A stretch of 43,584 nucleotides of DNA from Thermoprotei archaeon (GCA_003649205.1 QMRC01000015.1:1-43584), one strand, 5' to 3'. Numbered from the stretch's first letter, positions 1 to 9,767 are shown. Notes: generated from the sequence alone by a model not told the origin. Translations and numbers: made by a program.

Positions 1-541
1 GCTCTTCTCAATAACTTAGCTACTTCCAATAGATGCCACCTACCTATTAACTCATTCATCTTCATCCACTTCGGATCTCTGTACCAATTCAGTAGTTCAT
101 CTTCTTCAGCTAGTTGATGACCTAGTACTCCAGGAAAACCGTGTACACGATACGTGATCTCAGCTACTTCGTGGAAAATTACGTACTGTTCATAAGGTTG
201 TAGTTTCTGTGAGATCCAGATCTGATTAGGTGGTATCCCTAGCTTTTTTTTGCCGCTCCTGGCTTAACTACCTTACCATTCACTACGACATTGTAACAAG
301 CTATGTAATCAGCTATTATCTCGTGATCTACCCACCTTATCTGAATTCTGTACTGTTTAAGGAATTCTCTCACCTTACTTAACGTTATGTACCCCTCTGG
401 TTTTATGCGTAGTAGTATGATGTAGATTGCTGCTAGTGTGCTGAGTAACTGATTTGGTGCTCTGTCATGTAGTTTCCTGAGTGTAGCTGAGATCAACGTC
501 CTTAGTAAGATAACCACCTTAACTAATGTACTCGGTATCAT
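1..541 (-). pseudogene. Frameshifted CDS (hypothetical protein with an HExxE motif), runs off the window start
   Basis: ORF 541->239 ends ...PGAAKKS* at an A8 run (T244-T251 on +). The -1 frame continues open to position 1: KLGIPPNQIWISQKLQPYEQYVIFHEVAEITYRVHGFPGVLGHQLAEEDELL... Confidence 0.65.
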
Positions 542-643
542 GGTTATTGCCTGAAGTTGGAAGTCTATTGTTTGAAGTAGCTATGTGATTTCCTATCTGT
601 GATTAGTTTATTAGTTCGATAGTTTCTTCTTTAACTTGCATTC

Positions 644-697
644 TCATGATGAGAATGGTGCCCTCGTGATTGGTGATGAGTAGGTCGGCGGCTGATT
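644..697 (+). ncRNA. Box C/D guide sRNA
   Basis: C ATGATGA 646-652, D' GTGA 666-669, C' GTGATGA 673-679, D CTGA 692-695; 12-13 nt guides; intergenic. Confidence 0.75.
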
Positions 698-774
698 AGC
701 TACCATCGTGTTCGTTTTGTGACTTATGTGATAGCATTTGTTGGGTCAGGATTTTTCACATGTGTAGTAGCTAG

Positions 775-1713
775 CTATTGCTTGAGTACCTCTCTCAACA
801 TTTTCAGTAGTTTCCACTGTATCTGTGCATCGTAGGGTACTGCAGCTACGTTTTTGTGACCTCCTCCACCTAGTTTTCTAGCTATTGAGGCTACATCCAG
901 TACCTTACTAACTAGGGTTGCTTTCATTTCCTCTGGTCTCACTATTATGTAGAGTACAGCATCTGGGTACTTCTCCTCAATTAGTCTCTTGATGTCACTC
1001 ACTAGTATGCGGGAGGTAGGTACCTTAGTTATTACTACCTCATGGCCTTCCACCTCTAGTATGTTCACGTTCTCGAGAGCTTTAGCTAGGTACCTACTGT
1101 ACTCTGGCTCTACCTTCTCAGCTAGTTCTCGTAGGTACTTCTCATCTATCTGTCCGGTAATGAAGTAATTGAGGAGCTTGTACCTCAGTTTCATGTCATT
1201 GAACCACTTGAGTACTTTGTCTATTATGTAGCTCATCTCCATGGAGTGTGTACCGGTATCTGAGTCCCTAGCTAGTTCAATTAGGTAGTTGGTGAAGAGA
1301 TCTAGCGTATGGTCTTTAGCTAAGTACTCAGCTACTACTTCAGCACATGAGTTCTTTTCTGAATTCACCACTAACGTTACTCCCTCAATAGATAGCTTCT
1401 TCCTGACCTCTGGAGACCAGCTGTGATGGTCTATCCACGTAACCTCAATTCCCTGCTTCACGAAGTCTGTTACCACCTTAGCTATGTAGGGTATGGTGTG
1501 TGGTTGTGGACAGAGATCACAGATGAATACCCTATCTACGCTCAGTACTTCTGCTTCTCTGAGGGCTCTCTCCATCATCTTCGGAATCGCTGATACACTG
1601 GAGAACCTACATAGTGTAGTTACGTCATCTACAACACGTTTTAGTGTCCTGATTACTATTGCTGCACACACTATCCCATCTAGATCTAGATGCGTTACTA
1701 CGAGACTACTCAT
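775..1713 (-). CDS. DHH/DHHA1 family phosphoesterase (NrnA/RecJ-like)
   Basis: Motifs THLDLDG, ICD, WIDHH and C-terminal GGGGHKNVA. Confidence 0.9.
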   Translation of the reverse strand: MSSLVVTHLDLDGIVCAAIVIRTLKRVVDDVTTLCRFSSVSAIPKMMERALREAEVLSVDRVFICDLCPQPHTIPYIAKVVTDFVKQGIEVTWIDHHSWSPEVRKKLSIEGVTLVVNSEKNSCAEVVAEYLAKDHTLDLFTNYLIELARDSDTGTHSMEMSYIIDKVLKWFNDMKLRYKLLNYFITGQIDEKYLRELAEKVEPEYSRYLAKALENVNILEVEGHEVVITKVPTSRILVSDIKRLIEEKYPDAVLYIIVRPEEMKATLVSKVLDVASIARKLGGGGHKNVAAVPYDAQIQWKLLKMLREVLKQ

Positions 1714-1724
1714 ACCAACACTAC

Positions 1725-2807
1725 CTACCTTGGTCTATACACGACATTACCTGTCTCCTCGGTAATCCTATATCCACTGTATCCCTTAATCAACCTCTCT
1801 AGCTCGCTACTCTCTAGAAGTTCAATTAACTGCTCTACACTCTTCTTACGTAATTTCTGGACGGGTACCACAAAGTCATACCATTCCCACGTTAGGTGAA
1901 TGTACTTAAGTCCATACCTCTCAGCTACATACCTAAGTAGTACACCTACATCTGCTTCACCACTAACTATTGCTCTAGCTACCTCCTCATGAGTTTTAAC
2001 CTCCCTACCGTAACCAATGATCCTTCTCCTGACCTCACGAACACTAGTACCTAGCTCCTTAGCACACTGCTCGATTAGGTACTCTATGTACATCCTCGTA
2101 CCTGAACCTAAATTCCTATTAACGAAGCGATAGCCCTGTATCACAACGTCTAGAAAGCATCTAATATCTAGCTCTGGTCTAAATCCAAGGACTAACTCTC
2201 TCTGATACCCTCGAATAACTACTACTCGATCTTCTAACCAGTAGTTTCTCAGGTACGTGATGTTGTACATTCTTGTCTGTGGATCGTAGAGGTGCGAGGT
2301 CGCTACATCACCTTCACCTATCATGAGTAGTGAGAGACCACCAGCAGAACCCACCCAAGAGATCTCTACACTAAGTCCACGCTTACTCTCTAGGTACCTA
2401 GCAATTACACTAAGTAATGGATCGTGACTACCAACGATATGTAGGTCAGGTACCACAATATATGAGGTACTCTCCTGAATCCACTTAATACCCTCCAGGT
2501 ACTTTCTATAGAGCCTCAACAGAGCTCTACCTTCCTCGGTTAATCTAGCCCCACCACCCCTCACTCCACCACGTTTCCTCTCAAGTAGCTTAACACCGAG
2601 AATGTTCTCAGCTCTCGAAATAAGTTCCCAAGCACTGGAGTATGGTATGCCTATGGCCTTTGAAGCGGCTAATATAGATCCACACTCCTCCACTAGATGA
2701 AGGAGAACTAGAACCCTACTATCAAGTACCTCCCCATTATCTAGCTCAAGTACGAGATCTACTCTTGGTCTCAATCTCCTCAATAAGTTATTATTAGACG
2801 TACTCAC
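1725..2807 (-). CDS. ModE-type HTH regulator fused to a molybdate/tungstate PBP-like domain
   Basis: N-terminal GSILAASKAIGIPYSSAW...ERKRGG..GGGARLT (ModE HTH); C-terminal GSHD, GSAGGL, FVNRNLGSGTR, THEEVA...GEADVG, EWYDF. Confidence 0.85.
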   Translation of the reverse strand: MSTSNNNLLRRLRPRVDLVLELDNGEVLDSRVLVLLHLVEECGSILAASKAIGIPYSSAWELISRAENILGVKLLERKRGGVRGGGARLTEEGRALLRLYRKYLEGIKWIQESTSYIVVPDLHIVGSHDPLLSVIARYLESKRGLSVEISWVGSAGGLSLLMIGEGDVATSHLYDPQTRMYNITYLRNYWLEDRVVVIRGYQRELVLGFRPELDIRCFLDVVIQGYRFVNRNLGSGTRMYIEYLIEQCAKELGTSVREVRRRIIGYGREVKTHEEVARAIVSGEADVGVLLRYVAERYGLKYIHLTWEWYDFVVPVQKLRKKSVEQLIELLESSELERLIKGYSGYRITEETGNVVYRPR

Positions 2808-2824
2808 ATAAACACCTCACCAGT

Positions 2825-2877
2825 AATCAGCAAGGCTAAACCTCCTCATCACTCAGGGGGAAAGCTGTTCATCACCA
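2825..2877 (-). ncRNA. Box C/D guide sRNA, probably targeting 23S rRNA
   Basis: Minus strand reads GTGATGA-acagctttcccc-CTGA-GTGATGA-ggaggtttagccttg-CTGA; guides complement GGGAAAGCUG and CAAGGCUAAA, recalled as conserved neighbouring 23S domain I sequences. Confidence 0.88.
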
Positions 2878-2906
2878 AACTAGTACTCGCTACCTACGCC
2901 CTAAAG

Positions 2907-3866
2907 TTACTTACTCACGTAGAGGACTTGTAGATAGGTAGTTGGTACTAGCAGTACACGGTCTAGTACTGCTATGATGCTCAGTAACTTATCTAGAGAT
3001 AAGTTCAGTGGTAGTGGTAGTGCTGGTCTCTTACCTAGCTCGATGTACTTGATAGGTGCTGTAGGTGGTAACTTACCTAGCTCACGTGCTTTCTCAATAG
3101 CTAGATCGAGATCACCAATAGCATCTACGAGCCCTACCTTAACTGCATCTCTACCACAGAAGATAGATGCGTTAAGTATCTCATTCAGGTACTTCTTATC
3201 TAGCTTATCTCCTCTCTCCTTAAGCACTGCATCTACGAATACCTTGTATGTGGTGTTAACTATTCGCTCAAGAATTGTCTTTTCTTCACTACTCAGCTCT
3301 CTAAAGGGACTTGCAATATCCTTGTACTTACCTGACTTAAGTACTATGACCTCTATACCTAGCTTTTCAAGTAATTTTCTGTAGTTCACGACCGTTACAA
3401 CTGAACCTATTGAACCAACGAGAGATGTCGGTGATGCAACTATACAGTCGCCTGATAGAGCTATTAGGTAACCACCGGAGAGAGCACTTTCAGTTACGTA
3501 GACTACGACAGGTATGTTATTCTCCTCCTTGAACTTCCTAATCATCGTGTATATGAGGTAGCTTCCAGTAGCTGAGCCACCGGGACTATTGATCACAAGT
3601 ACTAAAGCACCACAGTTTTCACGTTTAGCTCTCTCTAACAACTCCTTAACATCATCTGGTGATATGTACTTAGTTATTGAGAATACAGGTTTTTCAGTAA
3701 CCACCATTCCGCTTATCTCCATAACACATACGCTTTGTGGCTTCAGAATAGGGATCTCAAACTCAGTTTCTGGAGTAGCTGTTAGTAGTATGTAGGTCAC
3801 TACACCTACCAGGATGCTTACTACGATTGCTAGAGTCATGAACTTCCAGAGAGTACTAAATCTCAT
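2907..3866 (-). CDS. sppA: Signal peptide peptidase SppA (S49)
   Basis: N-terminal TM segment; INSPGGS, ALSGGYLIA, VGSIG, KSGKYKD motifs. Confidence 0.92.
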   Translation of the reverse strand: MRFSTLWKFMTLAIVVSILVGVVTYILLTATPETEFEIPILKPQSVCVMEISGMVVTEKPVFSITKYISPDDVKELLERAKRENCGALVLVINSPGGSATGSYLIYTMIRKFKEENNIPVVVYVTESALSGGYLIALSGDCIVASPTSLVGSIGSVVTVVNYRKLLEKLGIEVIVLKSGKYKDIASPFRELSSEEKTILERIVNTTYKVFVDAVLKERGDKLDKKYLNEILNASIFCGRDAVKVGLVDAIGDLDLAIEKARELGKLPPTAPIKYIELGKRPALPLPLNLSLDKLLSIIAVLDRVLLVPTTYLQVLYVSK

Positions 3867-3882
3867 GTTATCACGTGTTGAC

Positions 3883-4524
3883 TTATTTCTTGAGAGTTTT
3901 TAAGCAAGTCTCAACACATATCGTAGTGGCTTTGATTAGGACGTTTAGTGGTAGGCTTGGTGGTGTAGTTCTTACTCCGAGAGCTGATATCGATCTAGAG
4001 GTCACGTACTCTGTGGCGTATGGTATGTGTATGAAACAGCAGATGGTGTTGAGCTTCTCTGTATTCACTGTGTGTAGCATTATGTAGTACAGGTAATTGC
4101 ATAGGAAAGTTCCTGCGCAGTAGGATACCCTTGCTGGTACTCCACTTCTCCTCAATTCATTGACTATCTCCTTAACCGGTGCATTAGTGAAGTATGCAGG
4201 TGGCCCATTTTCTACCACTGGTACATCTACTAGCTCTACACCGTCGATATCCTTTTCTTCTGAGTCCACTATGTTCAATGCTACTCTCTCTATGTACATC
4301 TCAGTTGATGTAGGTCTTAAACCTATTCCAATTGCTACCTTTGGTCTGATGTCAGTTAGTAACTTAGGTACTTCATTCCTCACAAATTTGTAGGATACTG
4401 GAATTGACCTACCCAGTACTGTGTGATCAAGTATCTTCCTACCATCTAGCTCTTTAGCAATATACTCACTTGGATTTACTTTCTCTCTACCCCAGGAGCT
4501 GAAACCTAGGATGAGTACAGTCAT
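3883..4524 (-). CDS. pcp: Pyroglutamyl-peptidase I (C15)
   Basis: NPS, IERVALN, GPPAYF, catalytic AGTFLCN and FIHIP motifs. Confidence 0.93.
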   Translation of the reverse strand: MTVLILGFSSWGREKVNPSEYIAKELDGRKILDHTVLGRSIPVSYKFVRNEVPKLLTDIRPKVAIGIGLRPTSTEMYIERVALNIVDSEEKDIDGVELVDVPVVENGPPAYFTNAPVKEIVNELRRSGVPARVSYCAGTFLCNYLYYIMLHTVNTEKLNTICCFIHIPYATEYVTSRSISALGVRTTPPSLPLNVLIKATTICVETCLKTLKK

Positions 4525-4551
4525 ATTGTATTACTTAGTGAATGTACAACT

Positions 4552-4607
4552 TATCAGTTGGGTGGCTTTTCTCGTCATCAATCACCGGGGGGCAAGTATC
4601 ATCATCA
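4552..4607 (-). ncRNA. Box C/D guide sRNA, probably targeting 16S rRNA
   Basis: Minus strand reads ATGATGA-tacttgccccccg-GTGA-TTGATGA-cgagaaaagccacccaa-CTGA; guides complement GGGGGGCAAGU and GGUGGCUUUU, resembling adjacent crenarchaeal 16S sequences upstream of the 530 loop. Confidence 0.82.
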
Positions 4608-4683
4608 AGTACAGTGAGTTACTAGGTGGAGTTAAGTTTTTGTCCTTTACTAATATGTGGTGAGAGGTATTGTGTGATTTATC

Positions 4684-6579
4684 ATGAAGTTGATCGAGAA
4701 GTACTTTCCGTACAGTGAGTGGAGGAGGCATCAACGTGAAATTGCTAAGGTAGTGTATAGTGGTATTGTTGAGGGTAAGGTTGTTCTTATTGGTGCTCCG
4801 ACAGGTCTGGGTAAGACTGCTGCTGTTCTAGCTGGTGCTCTAGCAGCTATAGAGGACATGGGTCGTGGCAAGGTATTTTTCCTCGTTAAGACGAAGAACG
4901 AAGCTCAAGCACCTTTCAGAGAGATTAAGGCATTATCTCGTAGAGGTGTTTCAGAGCTAGTTGCTGTGTTTAGGAATAAGAGAGAGATGTGTAGTCTAGA
5001 GTACGCTAGGAGATTGAGCTATGAGGAATTCCTTGAAGAATGTAGGTACCTGACTGAGCATGGTCTCTGTGAGTACGCTAAGAATGTCAAGAGCCTAGGT
5101 ATGGACGAGGTTGAGGAGCTGATACTACAGGCTAGATCACCAAATCACTTCATACAGTTACTGAAGAAGAGAGGATACTGTCCTTATGAGGTATGTAGGG
5201 TGGTAGCCTCCAAAGCTAAGGTCATAATAGGTTCGTATCACTACATCTTCAGTAGTGCTGTGAGGCATGCATTCTTCAACTCCGTGCCTCTAAAGCTAGG
5301 TGACTTAGTTTTGGTAATTGATGAAGCACATAACCTACCTCAGTCGATAATGGATATAGAGACGGCTTCGCTGAGTGAGGTAACGCTGAAGCTAGCTGAG
5401 AAAGAGGTTAAGAAGTATCTTGTCAATCCTGATGAGAAGAGAAGAGCACTATTTGCTCTAAAGACTATAGAGAAGATATTTCGTGATGTGAAGAAGAGAT
5501 TTAGTATTGATGAACTGGAGGGTAGATTGAAGCTTCTTGAAAAGAGCTTTGTTGACGCTGCATTCGAGGGAATATACTACCTAATGGATGTACTACCCAA
5601 GGTAATTCAGAGGAAGAGAGAAGTGTTAGGTTCACCAATAGTCTCTAGCCCCTTGAGGAGGGTAATAGATTTCTATAGGAGGATTGAGAAGACAGGAATT
5701 GAGTACGCGCTCTTTGTCACGTATGAGGAAGGTATTGCAAAGCTCGTGTATAAGTGTGTTGATCCAAGTACTGTCTCCAGGCATGTACTCGATGCTGCAC
5801 ATTCTGCTATTCTCATGAGCGGTACGTTACCTCCACTACAGTACTTCACATCAGTTCTTGGTCTACGTGGAGAACAGATTACTGAACTACGTATCGATAC
5901 TAAGGAGTTCATTCCCAGTGAGAACATTGCTGTCTTCATTCTGACAAATGTCACTACTAGGTATATTGAAAGAAGCGAGGATATGTACAGGAAGATAGCT
6001 ACAGCAATTGCTGAGATACATAGAGTTAGGAAGAGTGGTTGTACCTTAGTCGTTGTACCTTCGTACTCTGTGCTGAGAGGTGTTAAGAGGTATTTACCTG
6101 ATGATTTACCTGTGTTCTCAGAGACTACTGAGACTACTGTTGATGATGTAATCAAGGCGATAGAGGAGAGGAGAGACTTGATCATCATGGCTATCGCTGG
6201 TGGGAAGATAATTGAGGGTGTTGAGTTTAGAGGTAGTACAGGTGAGAACTTCATTAGGACTGTAGTCATTGTTGGTGTTCCGTATCCAGAACCTGATGAC
6301 TTCATCAAGAAGTACTACGACAGCATCAGCTCTAGACTTCTCGACCAGGAACTTGCGTGGAACTGTGTATTTACTGTACCAGCAATGACGAAGGTCAAAC
6401 AAGCTATTGGAAGAGCGTTTAGGTCTGAGAGAGATAGAGCTGTCGTAGTGCTCATGGACTATAGGTATCAAGACCCCAAACTACTTAGCTTACTCTCTGA
6501 TGTCGTTGATCTAGACCGTGTAATCGTAGCTGAAACACTTGATGCTCTAAGTGGGTACTTGAGGAAGTGCCCTATATGA
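4684..6579 (+). CDS. xpd: XPD/Rad3/DinG-family Fe-S DNA helicase
   Basis: Q motif, GAPTGLGKT, four Fe-S Cys including CPYE, DEAHNL, MSGTL, EGVEF, QAIGRAFRSERD. Confidence 0.92.
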   Translation: MKLIEKYFPYSEWRRHQREIAKVVYSGIVEGKVVLIGAPTGLGKTAAVLAGALAAIEDMGRGKVFFLVKTKNEAQAPFREIKALSRRGVSELVAVFRNKREMCSLEYARRLSYEEFLEECRYLTEHGLCEYAKNVKSLGMDEVEELILQARSPNHFIQLLKKRGYCPYEVCRVVASKAKVIIGSYHYIFSSAVRHAFFNSVPLKLGDLVLVIDEAHNLPQSIMDIETASLSEVTLKLAEKEVKKYLVNPDEKRRALFALKTIEKIFRDVKKRFSIDELEGRLKLLEKSFVDAAFEGIYYLMDVLPKVIQRKREVLGSPIVSSPLRRVIDFYRRIEKTGIEYALFVTYEEGIAKLVYKCVDPSTVSRHVLDAAHSAILMSGTLPPLQYFTSVLGLRGEQITELRIDTKEFIPSENIAVFILTNVTTRYIERSEDMYRKIATAIAEIHRVRKSGCTLVVVPSYSVLRGVKRYLPDDLPVFSETTETTVDDVIKAIEERRDLIIMAIAGGKIIEGVEFRGSTGENFIRTVVIVGVPYPEPDDFIKKYYDSISSRLLDQELAWNCVFTVPAMTKVKQAIGRAFRSERDRAVVVLMDYRYQDPKLLSLLSDVVDLDRVIVAETLDALSGYLRKCPI

Positions 6580-7288
6580 GGAATTTACCACAATAGGGAC
6601 AGTAGATGTTGACTTCTCCCAGTGGGAGTTCTCTACCACAGTAAGGACACCTCTTCCTCCGTATACCTGTTGTCTTCTCCTCTACCTTCTGCTGGGGTAG
6701 TGATGGTTGTGTTTTTTCCTCTGCTACTGTTGCTTTTTCAGGTGATGGAGCAACTCTCACAACTCCTTTACTCTCTACAGGGTTTCTCTCCTCTGGTAGC
6801 TGTGGCACCTGTTGCATCGTAGCTCCTTGAGCTGAAGGTGAAGGAGTCGATTGCGCTGATTTATGCGGTGCCGCTTCAGTGGTAGCTATTGGTACTGGTG
6901 TTGGTGCTTGTGCTGGGGCAATGGATTGATGATGTGTTTGGTACTGTAGTGTAGGGTGTTGCACTCTTGATGCTAGGCTGGTTTGAGCAGCTCTAATTGA
7001 GGAGGCCATATCTCTGAATACGGTTACCACGAGTTTAGCTATGTACAAATTAGAAAGTAGTATGAGTGTCGATGCTGACGCTACTAATGCTGTTATCAGT
7101 ATCGTCGTTGTAAATATGTCAAAGCTACCGTTTAGTAGGTACATACTCGATATTATTACTGTTGGTACGAGCACTATCAGTACAGCACCTATGTAGGCAA
7201 TTAGGTAGATCTTCGATAGAGATGATATTATCTCAGCAATTCTACCACGAGTTACCCCTGTTCTACCTCTTGAACGAGTAAATCCCAT
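6572..7288 (-). CDS. Membrane protein with a P/T/A/Q-rich linker and C-terminal zinc ribbon
   Basis: Two TM helices, low-complexity linker, CPYCG...YCPYCG; start moved to ATG 7288, which has GGTGA upstream. Confidence 0.75.
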   Translation of the reverse strand: MGFTRSRGRTGVTRGRIAEIISSLSKIYLIAYIGAVLIVLVPTVIISSMYLLNGSFDIFTTTILITALVASASTLILLSNLYIAKLVVTVFRDMASSIRAAQTSLASRVQHPTLQYQTHHQSIAPAQAPTPVPIATTEAAPHKSAQSTPSPSAQGATMQQVPQLPEERNPVESKGVVRVAPSPEKATVAEEKTQPSLPQQKVEEKTTGIRRKRCPYCGRELPLGEVNIYCPYCGKFLI

Positions 7289-7391
7289 AAAATTCACCAA
7301 GAGGTACTCCAGTAGGTTTTCTGTTCGAGAAGCGTATAGGTTAAATATATTCCTATCTCCCTGAGAATAAGTACTACGTCGAGGAGAGACC

Positions 7392-7760
7392 ATGCTGTGC
7401 TTAAAGTGTGGTAGTGAGGTAGGTTCTATCGGTGAACTTGCTGCTCACGTAGTGAGGTGCCCCTCACAGGTTAATGTGCTCTGTCCAGTATGTAAGGAAA
7501 GAGTTGCTACTGGACAACTACTAATCCACATCCTTCAGAAACATGTATCGAGCTCGGTGTGTCCTCTATGTAGGACTAGGTTTAAGCAATCGAAGCAATT
7601 ACTACCACACCTTAGGGAGCACTTCATAGCTGAGATCGAAAGTAAGGGTGGTAAAAAGTATATTTGCCTTATATGTGGAAGGGATTTCACCTCAAAGAGA
7701 TCAGCTAGAGTTCACGTGTTGAAAGCCCATGAAAAGGGTTGGAAGGAAGAACGTAGTTAG
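7392..7760 (+). CDS. Tandem C2H2/C2HC zinc-finger protein (4 fingers)
   Basis: CLKC..H...C; CPVC..H....H; CPLC...F.....L..H...H; YICLICGRDF.......H....H. Confidence 0.8.
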   Translation: MLCLKCGSEVGSIGELAAHVVRCPSQVNVLCPVCKERVATGQLLIHILQKHVSSSVCPLCRTRFKQSKQLLPHLREHFIAEIESKGGKKYICLICGRDFTSKRSARVHVLKAHEKGWKEERS

Positions 7761-9618
7761 TAAGTTGGATGTACTGATAGTTGCTGAGAAGGATAGCGTG
7801 GCTAGAGCATTTGCCAAGTACCTCGCTGAAGGTAGTATTAGAGTCGCTAGGATACGTGGACTACCGGTCTACGTTTTTAAGCGATATGACACAACGTGGG
7901 CTTCATTCGGTTTGAAAGGACATGTACTCGATTTTGATTTTGAAGAACATCTAAATGTGTGGGATAGTGTTGATCCTAGGGTACTCTTCTTCGCTGAGCC
8001 AAAGCTCATTGTGAGGGAAGAGAGTAGAAGGCACTACGAGGTTCTTAGGTCTCTAGCTAAATTAGTGACAAGAGAGGTCATACTAGCGCTCGATGCTGAT
8101 GCTGAGGGTGAGTGTATTGCATTTGAGGTAATGGATATTGTTAGGAAGGTGAATCCATTTGTCACATTTAAGAGAGCTTGGTTTTCAGCAGTTACGAAGA
8201 ACGATATCTTAAGGGCTATAAACAATTTAAGGGAACCAGATCCACTACTGGCTAGTAAGGCAAAGGCTAGGATGATAGTTGACCTCACGATAGGTGCTGC
8301 ATTCACTAGACTCCTAACTCTCTCTGTAAGGAAGAGAGACCCTACCTTACTGCCTAAGGGGAGATTCTTGAGCTATGGTCCTTGTCAGAGTCCTGTACTA
8401 TTCCTCGTAGTTCAACGAGCACTAGAACGTGAGAACTTCAAGCCTAAGAAGTACTACATGCTTAAGTTGAGAACTGTGATTAATGGTAGGAAGTTAGAGC
8501 TAGTACATGAGAGGATTTACTGGAGTAGAGATGAAGTTGATAGAGTGCTAGAGAGGATTAGGGGTGTTAGAGAAGGTATTGTTGTCAGATCTAGCTGTAA
8601 ACTACATGTTGAGAAACCGCCTATTCCACTTAATACAGTAGAGCTTGAGAAGAGGGCATCGAAGTACTTGAACATAAGGTCTAAGCTATGTATGGAGATA
8701 GCAGAGAGGTTGTATCAGGAAGGATATATCTCGTACCCAAGAACTGAGACAACAATTTACCCGAAGACTTTAGATCTAAGAGCTATTGTTGAGGAGCTAG
8801 CTAACGTCCCTGAGTATAGAGATTATGCTCTCAAGATACTTTCAGCTCCACGAATAGTACCTACACAGGGAGATGAAGATGATAGAGCACACCCACCGAT
8901 ATACCCGACTAAAGCTGCAAGACCAAGTGAGTTTAAGAAGGTGTTTGGACCCTTATGGTTGAAAGCTTGGAAGCTCTATGACTTCATTGTTAGACACTTC
9001 CTAGCTACCTTGAGTAAGCCTGCTATCTTGGAGAGGAGATACCTAGTAGTCAATGTTCGAGGTGTTCCATTTAAGCTAGAGGGTACGATAATTGTGGAGA
9101 AGGGGTATCTGGAGATATACCCCTATGAGAGGATACCAGAGTTTGATGTTCCAATGGTCAAAGAGGGTTCTCGTGTACCTGTACTCGGCATTCAGCTAAT
9201 TGAAGATCGCACGAAACCCCCGGACTACCTCTCTGAAGCTGAATTACTGAGCTTAATGAGGAAGTACGGTATAGGAACTGATGCTACAATGCAGGACCAC
9301 ATACATACCAACGTGGTTAGAGGTTACTTCATCATTAAGAGAGGAAGATGTATACCAACACCACTCGGTAAGACCTTAGCACTCACTCTCTACAGGATAG
9401 TACCTGAGATAGTTAGTCCTGAAGTTAGAGGTAGGATGGAGAGAGAATTCAGCAGGATAGTTGCCGGTGAAAAGAGCATGGAGTCTGTCGTTCATGAGCT
9501 TAAGAGGGAGTTCTTGAAGTACTTTGATAGACTTAGAGAGAAGGAGGGGTTACTAGCTAGTGAACTGATTTCAGCGCTGAGGAAGCAGATGAAGGAAGGG
9601 GTTAGATTGAAGGGGTAA
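7729..9618 (+). CDS. topA: Type IA DNA topoisomerase (archaeal Topo III-like), without C-terminal Zn ribbons
   Basis: TOPRIM VAEK...DADAEGE, SYGPCQSP, active site GYISYPRTE, AHPPIYPT, GIGTDAT. Confidence 0.95.
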   Translation: MKRVGRKNVVSKLDVLIVAEKDSVARAFAKYLAEGSIRVARIRGLPVYVFKRYDTTWASFGLKGHVLDFDFEEHLNVWDSVDPRVLFFAEPKLIVREESRRHYEVLRSLAKLVTREVILALDADAEGECIAFEVMDIVRKVNPFVTFKRAWFSAVTKNDILRAINNLREPDPLLASKAKARMIVDLTIGAAFTRLLTLSVRKRDPTLLPKGRFLSYGPCQSPVLFLVVQRALERENFKPKKYYMLKLRTVINGRKLELVHERIYWSRDEVDRVLERIRGVREGIVVRSSCKLHVEKPPIPLNTVELEKRASKYLNIRSKLCMEIAERLYQEGYISYPRTETTIYPKTLDLRAIVEELANVPEYRDYALKILSAPRIVPTQGDEDDRAHPPIYPTKAARPSEFKKVFGPLWLKAWKLYDFIVRHFLATLSKPAILERRYLVVNVRGVPFKLEGTIIVEKGYLEIYPYERIPEFDVPMVKEGSRVPVLGIQLIEDRTKPPDYLSEAELLSLMRKYGIGTDATMQDHIHTNVVRGYFIIKRGRCIPTPLGKTLALTLYRIVPEIVSPEVRGRMEREFSRIVAGEKSMESVVHELKREFLKYFDRLREKEGLLASELISALRKQMKEGVRLKG

Positions 9619-9619
9619 T

Positions 9620-9680
9620 GGTCTCTGATAGCAGCCCCTCACTCTTCATCGATCTGCTTTGGTACCCCTCTTCATCGACC
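9620..9680 (-). ncRNA. Probable box C/D sRNA with degenerate boxes
   Basis: Minus strand reads TCGATGA-agaggggtaccaaag-CAGA-TCGATGA-agagtgaggggctgctat-CAGA, with GGTC/GACC terminal complementarity. Confidence 0.55.
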
Positions 9681-9714
9681 TAAGTACATAAACCTCCAGT
9701 ACCTAATATCGCTT

Positions 9715-9767
9715 GTGTGATGAAGGCTGGTATTAGGGATTGATGACCGAGGACACCAGGGCTGACT
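9715..9767 (+). ncRNA. Box C/D guide sRNA, probably targeting the 16S 530-loop region
   Basis: C GTGATGA 9717-23, D' GGGA 9736-39, C' TTGATGA 9740-46, D CTGA 9762-65; guide GGCTGGTATTA complements UAAUACCAGCC. Confidence 0.82.

Noticed and set aside
7289-7394. Head-to-head overlapping start codons
   Set aside because: The minus-strand gene has a better start at 7288 with an SD, leaving room for a shared AT-rich promoter near 7341-7350.
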